Assembly (NCBI GenBank): GCA_020891255.1
Contig: BQFW01000002.1
Span: forward strand, 1,612,001 to 1,676,000
Length of the DNA stretch: 64,000 bases
Source: Entomortierella parvispora E1425
Lineage: Eukaryota; Fungi; Mortierellomycota
Reading direction: 5' to 3'
Position 1 is the first letter of the stretch. Every line of letters begins with the position of its first letter. Positions 49,314-64,000 of the stretch are shown one piece after another. Both the position numbers and the translations under genes were made by a program. The notes below the pieces were generated by a model, which made no database searches, was not told the DNA's origin, and saw nothing but the letters and a program-made list of their open reading frames with translations.

Positions 49314-51548
49314 ATGGCTAAATCGTACGGAACGATGAATGAGGCCCACTCTGCCCTGCCCTCCTCTGCTTCCACAGCCACCATCGGTGGAAGCAGCGTT
49401 GGTGCCCGGTCCACAAGTCCGACTCTGGCAGCAGTCCACAAGAAGCATCATCGCCACGAGTCGAACGACGGCGAACGCCATTCATCGGATGAATCTCCTT
49501 TGCTGAATAATGGACCTCATCACAATCAGGATATTGGCCACGGCAACGAAGTCGGTCCCTCGGCTGGATTCTGGAGCTGCGTAGGTTTCTTTTTTTGAGT
49601 TGCCCTTGTCTCTCTTTTTTTGTGTCGACCTTGCTTCTTTCTGTCTGCGTGGGGAGAGATTGAAAAGGCTGTTTCGCCATCCCGTACCATGTCTTCAGCA
49701 CCAGAGCCAACAAAACACACAGCCCCATGCTCTCACCATTGGTGTCCTTCCCGCCTGCGTATTGTGTTTGTGGTCGACTTTTGACACCCAAAATTAATTC
49801 CAAAGATCCAAGCATCGCCCAGACCACGGACCGGACAAAGGACCCTGGCTTTTTTTGTTGCGACTTCTGTGCATCGAATACTAATATGGACACCTTCTTT
49901 GTTCTTTGTTACTGCTCTGCATTTAGACGATCAACCTGGCAAACACCATCCTAGGCACGGGAATGCTGGCCATGGTAGGGGAGAGATCAAATTGCCGATA
50001 AGAATAGGGCAGTTGCATTAGGGGTGCAAAAAAGGACTCTCTATACTCACTACATTCATTTTTTTTCCCTCTCCAAAACTAATAGCCTGGGGCATTGGCG
50101 ACAGTCGGATTGTTGTTGGGCAGTTTTATGATTGTGTTCTCTGCTTGTGCATCTGGACTTGGACTCTACTTTTTGACCAGAAGTGCCAGCAAGACGCACG
50201 GACGCTCAGCATCCTTTTTTGCCTGCTCAAAATTGACTTACCCCTCAGCAGCGGTGTGGTTTGATCTTGCGATTGCCATCAAGTGCTTTGGTGTCGGCAT
50301 CTCGTACTTGATCATTATTGGTGACTTGATGCCGGGTGTGGTCCGATCTCTGGGGATGATGGCCTTTATTGCTGCAGGAGGCGATGGCGCGGGCGAGATG
50401 GATCCTCAGTTGTGGTTCTTGGTCGACCGCCGATTCTGGATCACGTTGTTCATGGGCATCATTGGACCCTTGTCCTTCTTGAAGAAGCTGGATTCCTTGA
50501 AGGCCACCAGTGCCTTGGCCTTATCCGCCGTCTTTTACTTGGTCTTCATCGTCCTTTATTACTTTGTGAACCCAACCCAGCCCATGCCACCCAAGGAAGA
50601 GATCCGTCTGGTGCACTTTAGTTCTCAGTTGTTGACGACTCTGCCCATTTTTGTCTTTGCCTTCACTTGCCACCAAAACGTGAGTACTCTGAAGCATGCT
50701 TCTTTCTTTCTTACATTCAGTCAGTCAGTCAGTCAGTCAGTGGGAACGTTTATTGACTTATTCTTCATTGTTAGATCTTTTCTGTCTACAACGAGTTGAC
50801 AGACAACGGACAGAGCATGTTGAACAGGATCATTTCCAGCTCTATTGGATCAGCTGTGGTGGTTTACCACATCATTGGAGTTTTGGGCTATCTCACTTTT
50901 GGAAACAACGTTGGCAGCAACATCATTCAGATGTACAACGACTCGTTGTTGGTCACAGTAGGAAGGATCGCCATTGTGGTCCTGGTCATGTTCTCGTTCC
51001 CACTGCAGTGCCATCCTTGCCGTGCCTGCCTCGACAAGGTCTTGATCGCCGTGGGTCAATTCTGGGATTCGACTCGCTTCAGCAAGAAATCGAGAGAGTA
51101 CAACTCGATCAGGGCTGGTGCTGACTCTATTCAACATGCTGGAGATGACAGCAGCGAGAACAGTACAATCCTCCCTCCCCACACACCTAGCTCCGTCACC
51201 CTGGCTGCTCAGTCTCAGGACGAGGATGACGAGGATGACATCGATCATGGTGACCATGGTGGCGCTGAGATCCCAGAGTTCAAGTTTATGATCATGACCA
51301 TGGCCATTCTCATTGGATCCTATATCATTGCCATCACTGTCACGGAACTGGAACTGGTCCTGTCCTTTGTCGGCTCCACAGGATCCACTGCCATCTCGTT
51401 CATTCTCCCTGGATCATTCTACTACAAGCTTCATGCCAACCAACCTTGGACAGGACGCAAGATTTTGGCCGTCCTTTTGGCCTTCTATGGCTGCATGGTC
51501 ATGGTCATTTGCTTGTCCGCCAATATTCGCAGAATCATCAACTCGTAA
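49314..51548 (+). CDS. Vacuolar amino-acid transporter, AAAP family (Avt5/6-like)
   Basis: Spliced: INLANTILGTGMLAM|P, AIAIKCFGVGISYLII, FAFTCHQN, FPLQCHPCR, FVGSTGSTAISFILPG. Confidence 0.9.
50717..50740. repeat. (TCAG)6 tetranucleotide repeat in an intron
   Basis: Six perfect units inside an intron of the AVT gene. Confidence 0.85.
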
Positions 51549-52255
51549 GGATATACCTAATCGCGATAGAGCTACATATCATACAGCCTACTTTTCCCTC
51601 TTCGTTACTTTGTAATTCTCTCCACTCAATCGAGCCATTAAAAAAAACAAAGAATATGAATAATAATAAGTAGAGAGATTGTATTTGTTTCTATGGATTG
51701 GGTTTGTGTTGAATGCGTGAGGGATGCATTATTCTTGTTCTTCGCTCTTCCCTTCGAGAATGCAATGCTTTGAAATATGCAAAAGGTAAAAAAGAAATGC
51801 AAAGGATAAAATAAAACGAATAATATACATATCGGAGGGATATTCACACAAATCTCTAAGGTCAAATACAAAAAAAAACAGAAAGGAAACATTAAACAAA
51901 GTAAAGAAACGATATAAAATACAGGAGAGGAGAGTTGAGATGGAAAGACAGGCTTGGGAATGATGCCCTTCCTTTCAAATGCTGTGCGGTGAACATCGGT
52001 CATGACCCCAAAGGTAGGTTCAAGTGATAGTTGGAAATGAATAAAATGGGGGTATAACAAATGTACAAATGTGCCAGCATCCTGCATTCATAACGATAAT
52101 GGTAAAAAAAAAGAGAGAAAGAGAGAGAGAAAATCGGAGCAAGGGGGAAAAAGGCATTGGTGGATCATGGACTGCAAGGTGTCGATCCTTGATATGGTCC
52201 TTTCATGACGACGGACTTGTCAAGGAGCAAACTAGGGCGTGTCGCAGCCAAAAAC

Positions 52256-54625
<2,370 letters not shown>

Positions 54626-56853
54626 TGAGGATGTTAAAGGGGGGATGGAAAAAAAAGGTGATGGAAAAGGGTGGAGGAGAGAAGAGAGAAGAAGAGAAAA
54701 GAAGAAAAAAAAAGTGTGGACTGTGGGCAGGCAGTGCAGTGCTGGCGGCTGCTGCCTGCTGCTGGCTGCTGTTTGGCTGGGCAATGCACACCGCGGCTTT
54801 TTGCTGCGGGCAGAGATATCATCAGCCAGGGAACAAAAGAAAAGAAAAAAAAAAAAAAAAAAAGCTTGTTGTTCGAAGCCCTTAAGGACATCACGTGGGT
54901 GATATCATCGATCGATACCCTTAACAGCGATCGCTGTGTTCAATCTGGCACTCTGTCCTTTGTGATCCGTTCATTTTCATTTTTGGGTCCGGCTCTCATC
55001 CTTGAGTATGTATGTATTGAGTATGTATGTATTGAGTATCCCTTCATCGAATCTATCTTCAGTTGAATAAAGCCTGCCAGCCCAAGGTCGAATATGAAGA
55101 GAGCACACAGTGAGCCAGTGTTTGGTTGTGTGGAAAAAGAAATGACAAGAGAGAAAGAGAGTCTCTCAATCGCTGACTTGTTGAATTGTTGTTGCTTGTG
55201 CTCTCTCTCGCCCTGCAGACTAGAAACGGGCGGCCCACACACAGGCGCATGCCAACCATGCGCTGGCTGCCTGTCCCATGCTTTGCTCTCTTCCTTTTTT
55301 TTCCTTTCTTCCCGTTGTCCTCCTCTTGCCCCTCCTCCTTCTCCCCTCCCTTCAACCTTCCTTCCCACCACAACCCCACAGATTAGTGGCCTCTCTCCAC
55401 CCGCTCTCTTCCTCCTCCCTTCCTCTTCTTGCCCACGCGCTTGCAGACACGGACTCCCTTTCCTCTCTTTTTGTTTTATCCTTCTTCTCTGCTACCTTCC
55501 TTTCTCCCTCCTCCACCCCCAAATGCTCAGTGGCATGGGTCCATTCTTCCCATCGCTCTCTTAAAGTCGCCTCGACCACTTTACATTCCACCCTTTTCAT
55601 TTCACCCCTCGAACAACTCTTTTTCTCTTTTCCATTCCTCTTTTTTCGGGACGCGTCAAAATACCCTTTTCCCCCCTCCACGCTCTCCTCCACTTTTGTT
55701 CGCGACCCTTGTTTGTCGCAGACCCTTACTTTCTCCACTCTCCGATATTTGACCAGGTGGAGCAAACAGCCCAAAGAATCTCTTTCTATTCATATCGAAG
55801 AAAACAATGCTTTCTTCTCCCACACGACCCAGTCTCGAGCGACATCAGTCCTTTGAGGTAAAAGAATGTTCACACGGCTTGAACAGCATTGACCCTGAGA
55901 TAGGATAGAAAGAAAAAAAGAAAGAGAGAGAGCATGCGATTGAAGTCAAACCGCAAAAGATATGGAAGAGGGATGGACCCGAACCGCCAGGAACGGTGGG
56001 GAGAAGGTACAAAAGGACACAAGGAGGACAGGCCTGGGAGGGGGTCGATTACTGTATAACGATTATATTACTTGCATGCCTTTGCAAAATATCAAAAGGC
56101 GGACAGGCCGTGGAAAGGGCGACCACAGACAAATGGCCACGCACGACCCATGTGTGGGTGCAAAACGGGGTGTTCCACCAAATGATCATCTTTGGCCACC
56201 ATCCCTCTTTCCCCTTTCTCGTCTGTCGACCCAACTCCGATGTTCTTGATCCCCCCGAGGAGCCAAAAGGGAGTTCATAACCTGGTCAGAGAGAGAACAG
56301 GGAAAAGAGGGTTGTGGTTCCACCACTAACTAAGGTCGTGGTCGGGCCACAGTTTGACACGCTGTTGTTGATGTTATCGTCCGTCGCTCTCTCCCCTTTT
56401 TTTTGGGCGTGGCATTTGATCCCACTACGCCCTGTCAGACAAACCCCTACCGCTACACCGACCAACACCCCACAAAAAGATGACCAGGGCATCTGTGACA
56501 CAGACAGGGCATGGTGGACAGTGGAATATGGGATAAGTGAGATGTTGGGTAATAATGGCTCATCCAAATTGCTGACCAAAGGACTTTGTCCATGCCTCTC
56601 TGCTGTCTTTGTTGTCTTTTTAGAACACGACTCCATGTCCACCGTATAATCACTCACAGGAAGATCTCCTCTCTGTACAGAAAGCTGCCGTCGTTATGGG
56701 TACTTGACGACTGATCTTGCACTGTCTTTGACTCATACTTCTCGTCTGGACAAGTCTCTTACCACATCAATCTCTACGGCATCAACGTGTCTTTTTCTTT
56801 TTCTTTTTCTCTCTTGCTCTCCTTGTCTCTCTTTCTCCCTTTTGCATCTGTAG

Positions 56854-57184
56854 CGCCAAGTCCAGCTTCAATAGCATCTGCGGTACCAGACGAAGACGAA
56901 ATTTGGGCTGAATTTGAACGAATCCAGGACCCAATGATGCTTAAAGAAAAGTTTTACGAACAGCATCAACACATGCGGGCCCAGTTAGATATGGCCGGCC
57001 GATACGGATTAAGTCTGCAGCAGGATGTCGAAGAGCTCCAGGACGCACAAGTTCAATCTTACGCACAGGTACATTCACATACACGGAAAATAGTAGGCCA
57101 TGTGTCTGAGATGAGGAATAGGGATAGGGCAATTTACACAAACGGGACCACCTTGTGTTGGAATTTCCAATACTTTTTCTTTCT

Positions 57185-57219
<35 letters not shown>

Positions 57220-59512
57220 GTTGTTGTTGTCTGTCCTCCCCTCCTTTGTCTTATTTTAGATTCAATCACTGCAAGATGAAAACAGTATGCTAAAAACTCG
57301 GGCGCACCACGCCATGGACCTGTCCTCTCAACTGTCAGGGTCCGAGAACGAGGTCAGGACTCTGACGACCCACAATGAGTCCCTCCAACGAGAACTGGAT
57401 GGATGTCGCAAGGATTTGAAATCGTTCCGACGGGAACTGGACAGCCTTGTAGAGCAAATGACCGAAATGGGCTCCGAGGTCCTGGACGCAAAGACTAAAG
57501 TCTCTGTCTATGCTCGTCGACTGACAGAAGTAGAGCAGGAACTGAGCGTGACCAAGGAAGCAAACGTCGACCTCCAGGTGCAGTTGCAAACGGCTCTCGA
57601 CAAACAAAAACAGAGTCAATCCAGTACCGCACAAGTGGTCAAGAACATTCAATCGGATCTTGGCAAAGTCTTGTCGGACAGCGGCACGATTCGATCCACG
57701 CTGGAGGAACTGGAGAATCGACAGGTGAAATGTGAGGACAAGGTTGTCGAGATGATGACCAACACAAAGGAGTACGCTCATCTCTTGGAGGAGGCTCAGG
57801 AGACCATTCAAACTTTGAGGATAGAGTCAGACATGGAGGGTCGTGGATGGGCGCACCAGTCACCCCAGACAGCCAATTGGGGATACCAGGCCAGGAAGAG
57901 CTCTAGCCAACTGTCAACCTCGGGCTTGGAGGGAGATTCTCGCGAGTTTAGTCCGCATGAGCTGGACCCAAATGGCTGGGACCACAGTATTGACGATAAC
58001 GGGGCATCGAACAGGGGAGCTCAATCCCTTGGAATGGAGTTAGGCCTGGGCATGACCATGCATACGGAGGAATGGGATCGCAGCCAGAGCGCGCTGGAGA
58101 CTCAGCCCAAGGGCAGCAATATCTCTTCGCCCCCGTCCACCCCAGCCTCCTATCTCTGCTCTGCTGCAGATTCGAAGCATCTCACGCCAGCGACTTCACC
58201 CTTGGCCCCTTCAGCCTTCCGCAACGAAAAGATGCCCGGACCTCCTCCACAGCCCGTCCAGGAACAGCAGCCAGAACAGCAACCCTTGGTACAGAAGCAG
58301 CAACAGCCCACGCCACCCATGATCCATGTGCCTCGAAAGCTCTCAAACGCCTCAACATCGTTGACAAGCGAACTTCAGCTGCGATTGGAAGAACACACCA
58401 ACCTTCAGACCGTCCTTGCTTCGCCATTGTCCACCGCCACCGGTGGCTCCTCTCGTCCGCCTTGGAACCCCAGCGTGGCGCTCGAGAACATGCTCCCTTC
58501 CCCGACACAACAACGATCATCCCGGAGCACCAGTCGTGCGGCCAGTTTCTCGTCCAGGAGTAGCTCGCGCTCTGTGAGTCTCGTGAATTTGCAACAACTG
58601 TCCTCGCCTGGTTCATCGGCGCCCTTCAGGAATGGATCCTCCACTTCCTCAACCTCCTCGGTGACCTATCAGTTTTTGAACCACCATCAACATCCAATGA
58701 TGCCTTCGCCCCAGACCTCGCCCCATTCCGCGTCCATGCCAACATCATCTCTGATGGACGCGATCGCCTCCCAGCAAGGAAGATCTCTTCTTCAAAACAC
58801 TGCCAGCAACAATACCTCCTCCAACAGCAGTAATCACAACAGGCATCAAGGAGCTAGTAATACTGGGTCCCGACCCAGAAGTCGAACTGCTGCAATGACC
58901 GTAGAAAGGAACTTGACCCCCAGTGGTTCTTCAGACCTTTTGAGCGTGACTGCAAAAACAAAAGCCAAGGCCCAAGGTTCCTCCTCTCCAACATTTAATA
59001 CCAGCAGCAGAGCTGCAAATCGTGGACGAAGTGGAGCTATGGGTGGCGGTAGCAGTAGCCCTGTGCCTCCTGAAAAGCCCAGAGTCGTCCAACGATCGCG
59101 TGCTTCCTCCACCGCCAACCCAACGACGAGTCACCATCAGCAGCAACAACAGGCTCGACGCGCCGCCGCTGAGGCCAACCGAACAGCGGCAGCACCCCCA
59201 GGATCACCCATTCCTCGAGGCACTGCTCATAGTAGGAAAACGAGTACCGTTGCAGGTGGAGCTGGTAAAGCAGTCCTTGTGTCCTCGACACCTCCTCCTG
59301 CCCGACCCAGCCCTGCCTCGACCAAGATCACTCCACCCTCTCCACCCCAAAAGAGGGACCAGGCAGTGGTTGAACCCGCAGGCCTCAAAGAGGGACCCGA
59401 GGAACCTGGTCAAGAAAAAGTGTCGACGGAGGAAATTTCGGATCTGCGCCCATCTGCCTTCTCTCCTGTACCGGTTCTGCTGCCTCTTCCAGAGGAGGCG
59501 GCGGCCTTGTAA
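56854..59512 (+). CDS. Long coiled-coil protein with an S/P/Q-rich disordered C-terminus; first exon not resolved
   Basis: Exon 56854-57068 (acceptor TAG at 56851-56853) splices in frame to 57260-59512; heptad-rich N-terminal ~250 aa. Confidence 0.7.
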
Positions 59513-59598
59513 TAGACTACGCGGATCAAAGAATGAAGACGCTTCTTCATATGACCTGTTGACTTGCTTTCATTGGGCCACCTAAGCTCCACAGACGA

Positions 59599-59622
59599 AC
59601 ACACACACACACACACACACAC
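59599..59622. repeat. (AC)12 microsatellite
   Basis: Perfect AC run between two convergent 3' ends. Confidence 0.9.
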
Positions 59623-59896
59623 AGATACCTTTTACCTTACTCTTCATCATAACATGTAATTTTATCCTCATATCCCACCATTGCCCGATTTTCTGTCCTT
59701 GACGATTTGTTCTGTCCCCTCACCTTTGGAGGGAGGGTTAAAAATATATATTTCGATACATTTGCGAAGAATAATACTAAGTAGATAGCTGGGGGGGGGA
59801 TATGATAGACTGTGATATACAAAAGAGAGAGGTAGACACTCAACACTCTCTCTGCTCAAAGAACCTGTCTTTTTTCTTCTTCTGCTTTCCTCGTTT

Positions 59897-62800
59897 TTAA
59901 GAGGATGGCTGGGGCATCGACTTTGTGCGGGAAAAGATGGTCTTGATGGTGGGAACCATGTTGAGGCCAATGATCTCATCGTTCAAGGTCGTGGGGCGGA
60001 ACTTGCGCAACAACAACTGACGAGCGGAAGCGTAAAAGATGATGAACACACCAAAGGCCACGGGAATCAGCAGGTACACGAACGCCGTGTCGTTGTTGGT
60101 GTTGAAGACCACGGGCAAACCAGGGCAGTAGACGATAAAGAAGGCCAGGGCGCAACCGGCGGCTATGCCGATAAAGGAACGGTAGTTGGAGAACATGTAC
60201 TTTCCGAAAGGAAGAGTGTACCGGGTCTTGCAGGCAAACATGTTGAAGAGCTGCATGATCATAATACCGAGGTAGAACGAAGACTGAGCCTTTTGCAAAA
60301 CTGCAACAGCTTTGGTGTCGGGACTATCAGAATCGAACAGGTTTTGCCTTTGCATCGACACGGCAATAGCGGGAGTGTAGCCACCCTCCTTGTAGAGGAC
60401 CACAAAGAACGTCGCCAAGGCACCGATGGTCTCAATGATACCGATCTCCAGGTAAGCCCATGACAACAGACCGGCATCGACCAAGATCTCATCCTCGGTG
60501 TGCTCAAACTTCTCGCGCCAGTAAATAGATGTGAACATAGCATTGAAGTCGTGCTTGAAGCGGGCCATGAAAGTAGGCTTGATTTCCTCGTTCGTCTCAA
60601 CATCAAAAACTGGTGGAAGAGCACGGGTGGCCAAGCGACGACGGCGCTCAATCGAGGCAGGGGTGACGGGCTTACGGGGAGGCAGACGCATCAAACCAGT
60701 CTCGGACTCGGGCTTGTCCCAGGCAAAAGTAAGCGAAATAAAAAGTTCGAATCCGAGATCGATGACCAAGATAAGCATGGCGGTGATGGGCAGGGGAATC
60801 GAGGCGATGACATAGAGCAAGTTGGGGATAACTTCGGGCATCGAATGGGTGATGGTGTACTGGATAGACTTCTTCAAGTTGGTGAAGATAAGACGACCCT
60901 CCTCGATACCGCGGACAGTCGAAGCAAAGTTATCGTCGAGCAAGATCATGGCGGCAGCCTCCTTGGAGACATCCGAGCCGGAGATGTTCATGGCAATACC
61001 GAGATCGGCCTTCTTGAGAGCAGGAGAATCGTTCACACCGTCACCAGTGACACCGACAATGTGACCCATGGCCTGAGCGTGCTTAACAATCTGAAGCTTG
61101 TGCTTGGGCGAAGTACGGGCAAAGATAACTTCGGGCTTGGAAAAGATAAGGTCCCAGTCGTATTCAGTCAAAGAGTCGATCTGTTCACCGTGAATAACAA
61201 TGGCGTTGTACTCGTCGTCGCCAACCTCTTCCAAAGCACAACCGCGCTGCTTTGCGACCATCTCCTTGGTGTCGGAGAGAACCAAGTTGATCTTGCGTCC
61301 AATGGCCTCGGCAGTCAAAGGGTGATCACCAGTGACCATCATGACACGGATACCAGCAGAGCGGCAGCGACCGATAGCCTCACGAACTCCGTGCTTGGGG
61401 GGATCCTCAAGAGAAACAAGGCCGACAAAGGTGAGGTTGGTCGTGGGGTAGTTCTTCTTTTCCTTGTCAAAGACATGGTCGTCGGGGTACTGGTCACGGG
61501 GCAACAGGAACTGGGCAAAGGCAAGGACACGGTGACCCTTGGAGGCCATCAAAGCATACATATCATCGTAAGCCTTGGAGTGTGCCTCGGTCAAAGGGAC
61601 AGCTTTGCCATCCATCAGGATGGTGCTGCAAAGACGCAAGATACGTTCAGGGGCACCCTTGATGAGGAGCGTGAACCTTCCGTCGGCGTGTTCCTTGTTG
61701 TGGATGGTCATGGCCCACTTGTTTTCCGAGTTGAAGGGAACCTCAAACACCTTGGGGTAAAGATCGCTGAGATCGTCAAAATTTCCAATATTGGAAGAGG
61801 CAAAGCGGATCAATCCAGACTCTGTGGCATCACCGAGGACCTGACGCTCAGGGATGGGGACATCCGTGCGGTCAAACTTGGCGCGGGAGCAAAGGGCGGC
61901 AATCGAGAGGACTTCGGGAATTCCAGGAGACGAAGCGTCAAAGGGGCTACCGGCGTTGGCGGCACTGCGGAAAGCAGAGTACATGTTGTTGGAGGACCAG
62001 ATGTTGGTGACAGTCATTTGGTTGCGGGTCAATGTTCCAGTCTTATCGGTGGCGAGCAAGGTGATGGCACCCAAAGTTTCGACTCCAGTCAAATCCTTGA
62101 CCAAGACATTCTGAGAGGCCATACGCTTGGCAGCGATGGTCAACAACATGGTGACGGTGGCAGGGAGACCCTCAGGGACCCAAGCAACAAAGATACCAAT
62201 AGCAAAGTTGAGAGTGTTGGAGATTCCGCCTGCGGCGTGTTGGTAAACAGCAAAGTAGCCAATAAGGAAAAAGATGATGGCAGTGGAGATGGCAATGGTA
62301 GCAATGATCTTGACAAAGTCATCGATTTCCTGGGAGAGAGGCGACTTTCCAGAGTCTTCACCGGCAGTCAATCCAGCAATCTGACCAAGAACAGTGTTGT
62401 CACCGGTTCTGATGACCAAACCATAGCCCTCGCCGTTGACAACCAAAGAACCGTTGAAGGCAAGGTTGGTGGCCTCAAGGGGGTTGTTGTGCTCGTTTTT
62501 GGGGTTACGGTCCTGAGGATCAGTCTCACCGGTGAGCGAGGAGTTGTCGACCTTCATGTCTGTGCAGGCGAAAATCATGATATCGGCTGGAATCTTGTCA
62601 CCCATGCGAGCAAAGACAACATCACCCAGGACGAGGTCGGTGGCGGTGATCTGGACAACCTTTTGGTCACGGAGAACAAAACACTTTTGGGGCATCAGGT
62701 TCAGGAAGGACTGGAGGACAGCAGCGGACTTTTGGGCTTGGTAGAACTCGATCAATGCATTAATGAACGCCACAATGATCAGAATGGCACCGAGGTAGGT

Positions 62801-63526
62801 CTATGGGCAAAAAAAAGATGATCCAAGGGGCGGAGGTCTGGATTAGTGGCTGTCTACGGCGAATGTATCTTTTGGGCTGCAGTGAGCGCCACATCTCTCA
62901 TATTAAAAATAACAGGATATTCAATTATTTGTATATCTGCAATTGAGCCGAACTTACATTCACTTTGTTATCCTTGGGATCCACGGCCAACAAGATATAG
63001 TTAAGGATACCAGCCAAGATCAGCAACAAGTTGAAGAGCGAGGTCAAGCAGTGGATGAACTTCATGAAGGGCGAGATTTGCTTGGGTGGCGAGAGGATAT
63101 TGGGTCCGTTTTCGATCAAGCGCTGTGCGGCGACCGCAGAGTCGAGACCTCTGCTGTTTCCGGCCTTTGCTTCATCAATGCTCACGCCATGTCTCTGGGC
63201 AATTTCCTCGATGGGGAACAAGTGCTCAGTCTGACGAAAGAGAACAAACTGGTTAGCACAGTGACCAAAAAAGTGTCCAGCACAACTATCACGGATTCGG
63301 ACTTGGGCCTTACAATGTCGAGTGTCTTTTCCTTGACGTTTTTGGACTTGTCGACACCTTTGCCCTTCCCTTGCACGTGTTCCTTTTCCGAATAGGCGGG
63401 AACATCCTTTTCATTGGTAGAGGGGATGGTTTTGGTGCGAGTCATCTTGAGAGGCTCCTCAAAAGCAATCTTTGAGGGGTCCTGCTCGATCTCGATGGTG
63501 GTGGACGCTCCGTTGCTGGAAGCCAT
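59897..63526 (-). CDS. P2C-type (Na+/K+-ATPase alpha-like, fungal ACU-type) P-type ATPase
   Basis: ATG 63526, three exons. TGETDP, VPEGL, DKTGTLT, KGAPERIL, MVTGDH, GDGVNDSPALKKAD, NLKKSIQYT, PLPITAMLILVIDLG, CKTR. Confidence 0.92.
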
Positions 63527-64000
63527 GCCTGAAGGGGGGAGAGAGATGGCCAAGGACCTTGTGGGAAGAGGAAGGACAGGTGTGTGAACTCGAGTCTGCG
63601 AAGGGGGGAGGGGAAGATGGAGAGGGGCGGGAGGAAGGGAAGGGAAGGAGGGAAGGAGAAGAGGGAGAGTACGAGATGAAGAGGTCGACAGTAGGAAAAA
63701 GAGAGAGGGGGCGGGAGCGAGGCCCTATTTATGAGGTGGGAGGGGAAAAAGCTAAAATGGGTGTCAGCACGAATTGATCCAGAACGAACAGACGGACACA
63801 GAAAAGAAAGCGCGCGATGACCAGCACCGCACTGTGGCAAAACAACGAACGATAAACAAAAGGGGAGAAAGAAGGGGCGCCGGCGGGGGGACAGCACCAT
63901 CAACACCATCCTTGTGTGGATGGACGGTCGACCGACGAGTGGGAGTTGAGCCCTGAGAAAAAAAAAGGAGTTTGGATCGAGAGCGGACTTTTGGGGAAAT

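Noticed and set aside
60500-62821. 773-aa + strand ORF
   Set aside because: Exact antisense shadow of the P-type ATPase. The codon bias of a highly expressed gene removes antisense stops, and the translation has no protein-like motifs.
62998-63010. GTATCCTTAAC resembling a U12-type 5' splice site (minus strand)
   Set aside because: It lies in frame within the ATPase coding exon (AGILNY); the real donor is GTAAGT downstream.

Overview
Gene-dense eukaryotic DNA with short GT-AG introns, CT-rich 5' regions and poly-A/T runs in introns. It is most likely from an early-diverging fungus (Mortierellaceae-like; an inference from gene content and style). I reconstructed about 23 spliced protein-coding genes by hand, many of them split or mis-started in the ORF track. 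They include two ML/NPC2-like paralogs, a Kv-type K+ channel, V-ATPase c', a HAUS8-like protein, SDH6, an RRN5-like protein, a DUF1748 protein, a lysozyme/GH19-like secreted protein, OCA1, ZCCHC17/pNO40, OSH3, a His-rich prolidase, a kelch membrane protein, a PNUTS-like protein, CCDC174, a 7TM receptor-like protein, ERV46, an AVT-type transporter, DED1, a coiled-coil protein and a Na/K-ATPase-like P2C pump. There is also a divergent tRNA-Val/tRNA-Gly pair. No transposon, rRNA or CRISPR array was recognised. The most notable observation is a 9-exon gene (38038-41271) that joins a degenerate homeodomain to a TFIIS-N domain and a PP1-docking motif, the architecture of plant LUMINIDEPENDENS. All family assignments come from motif recognition by eye, not from database searches.
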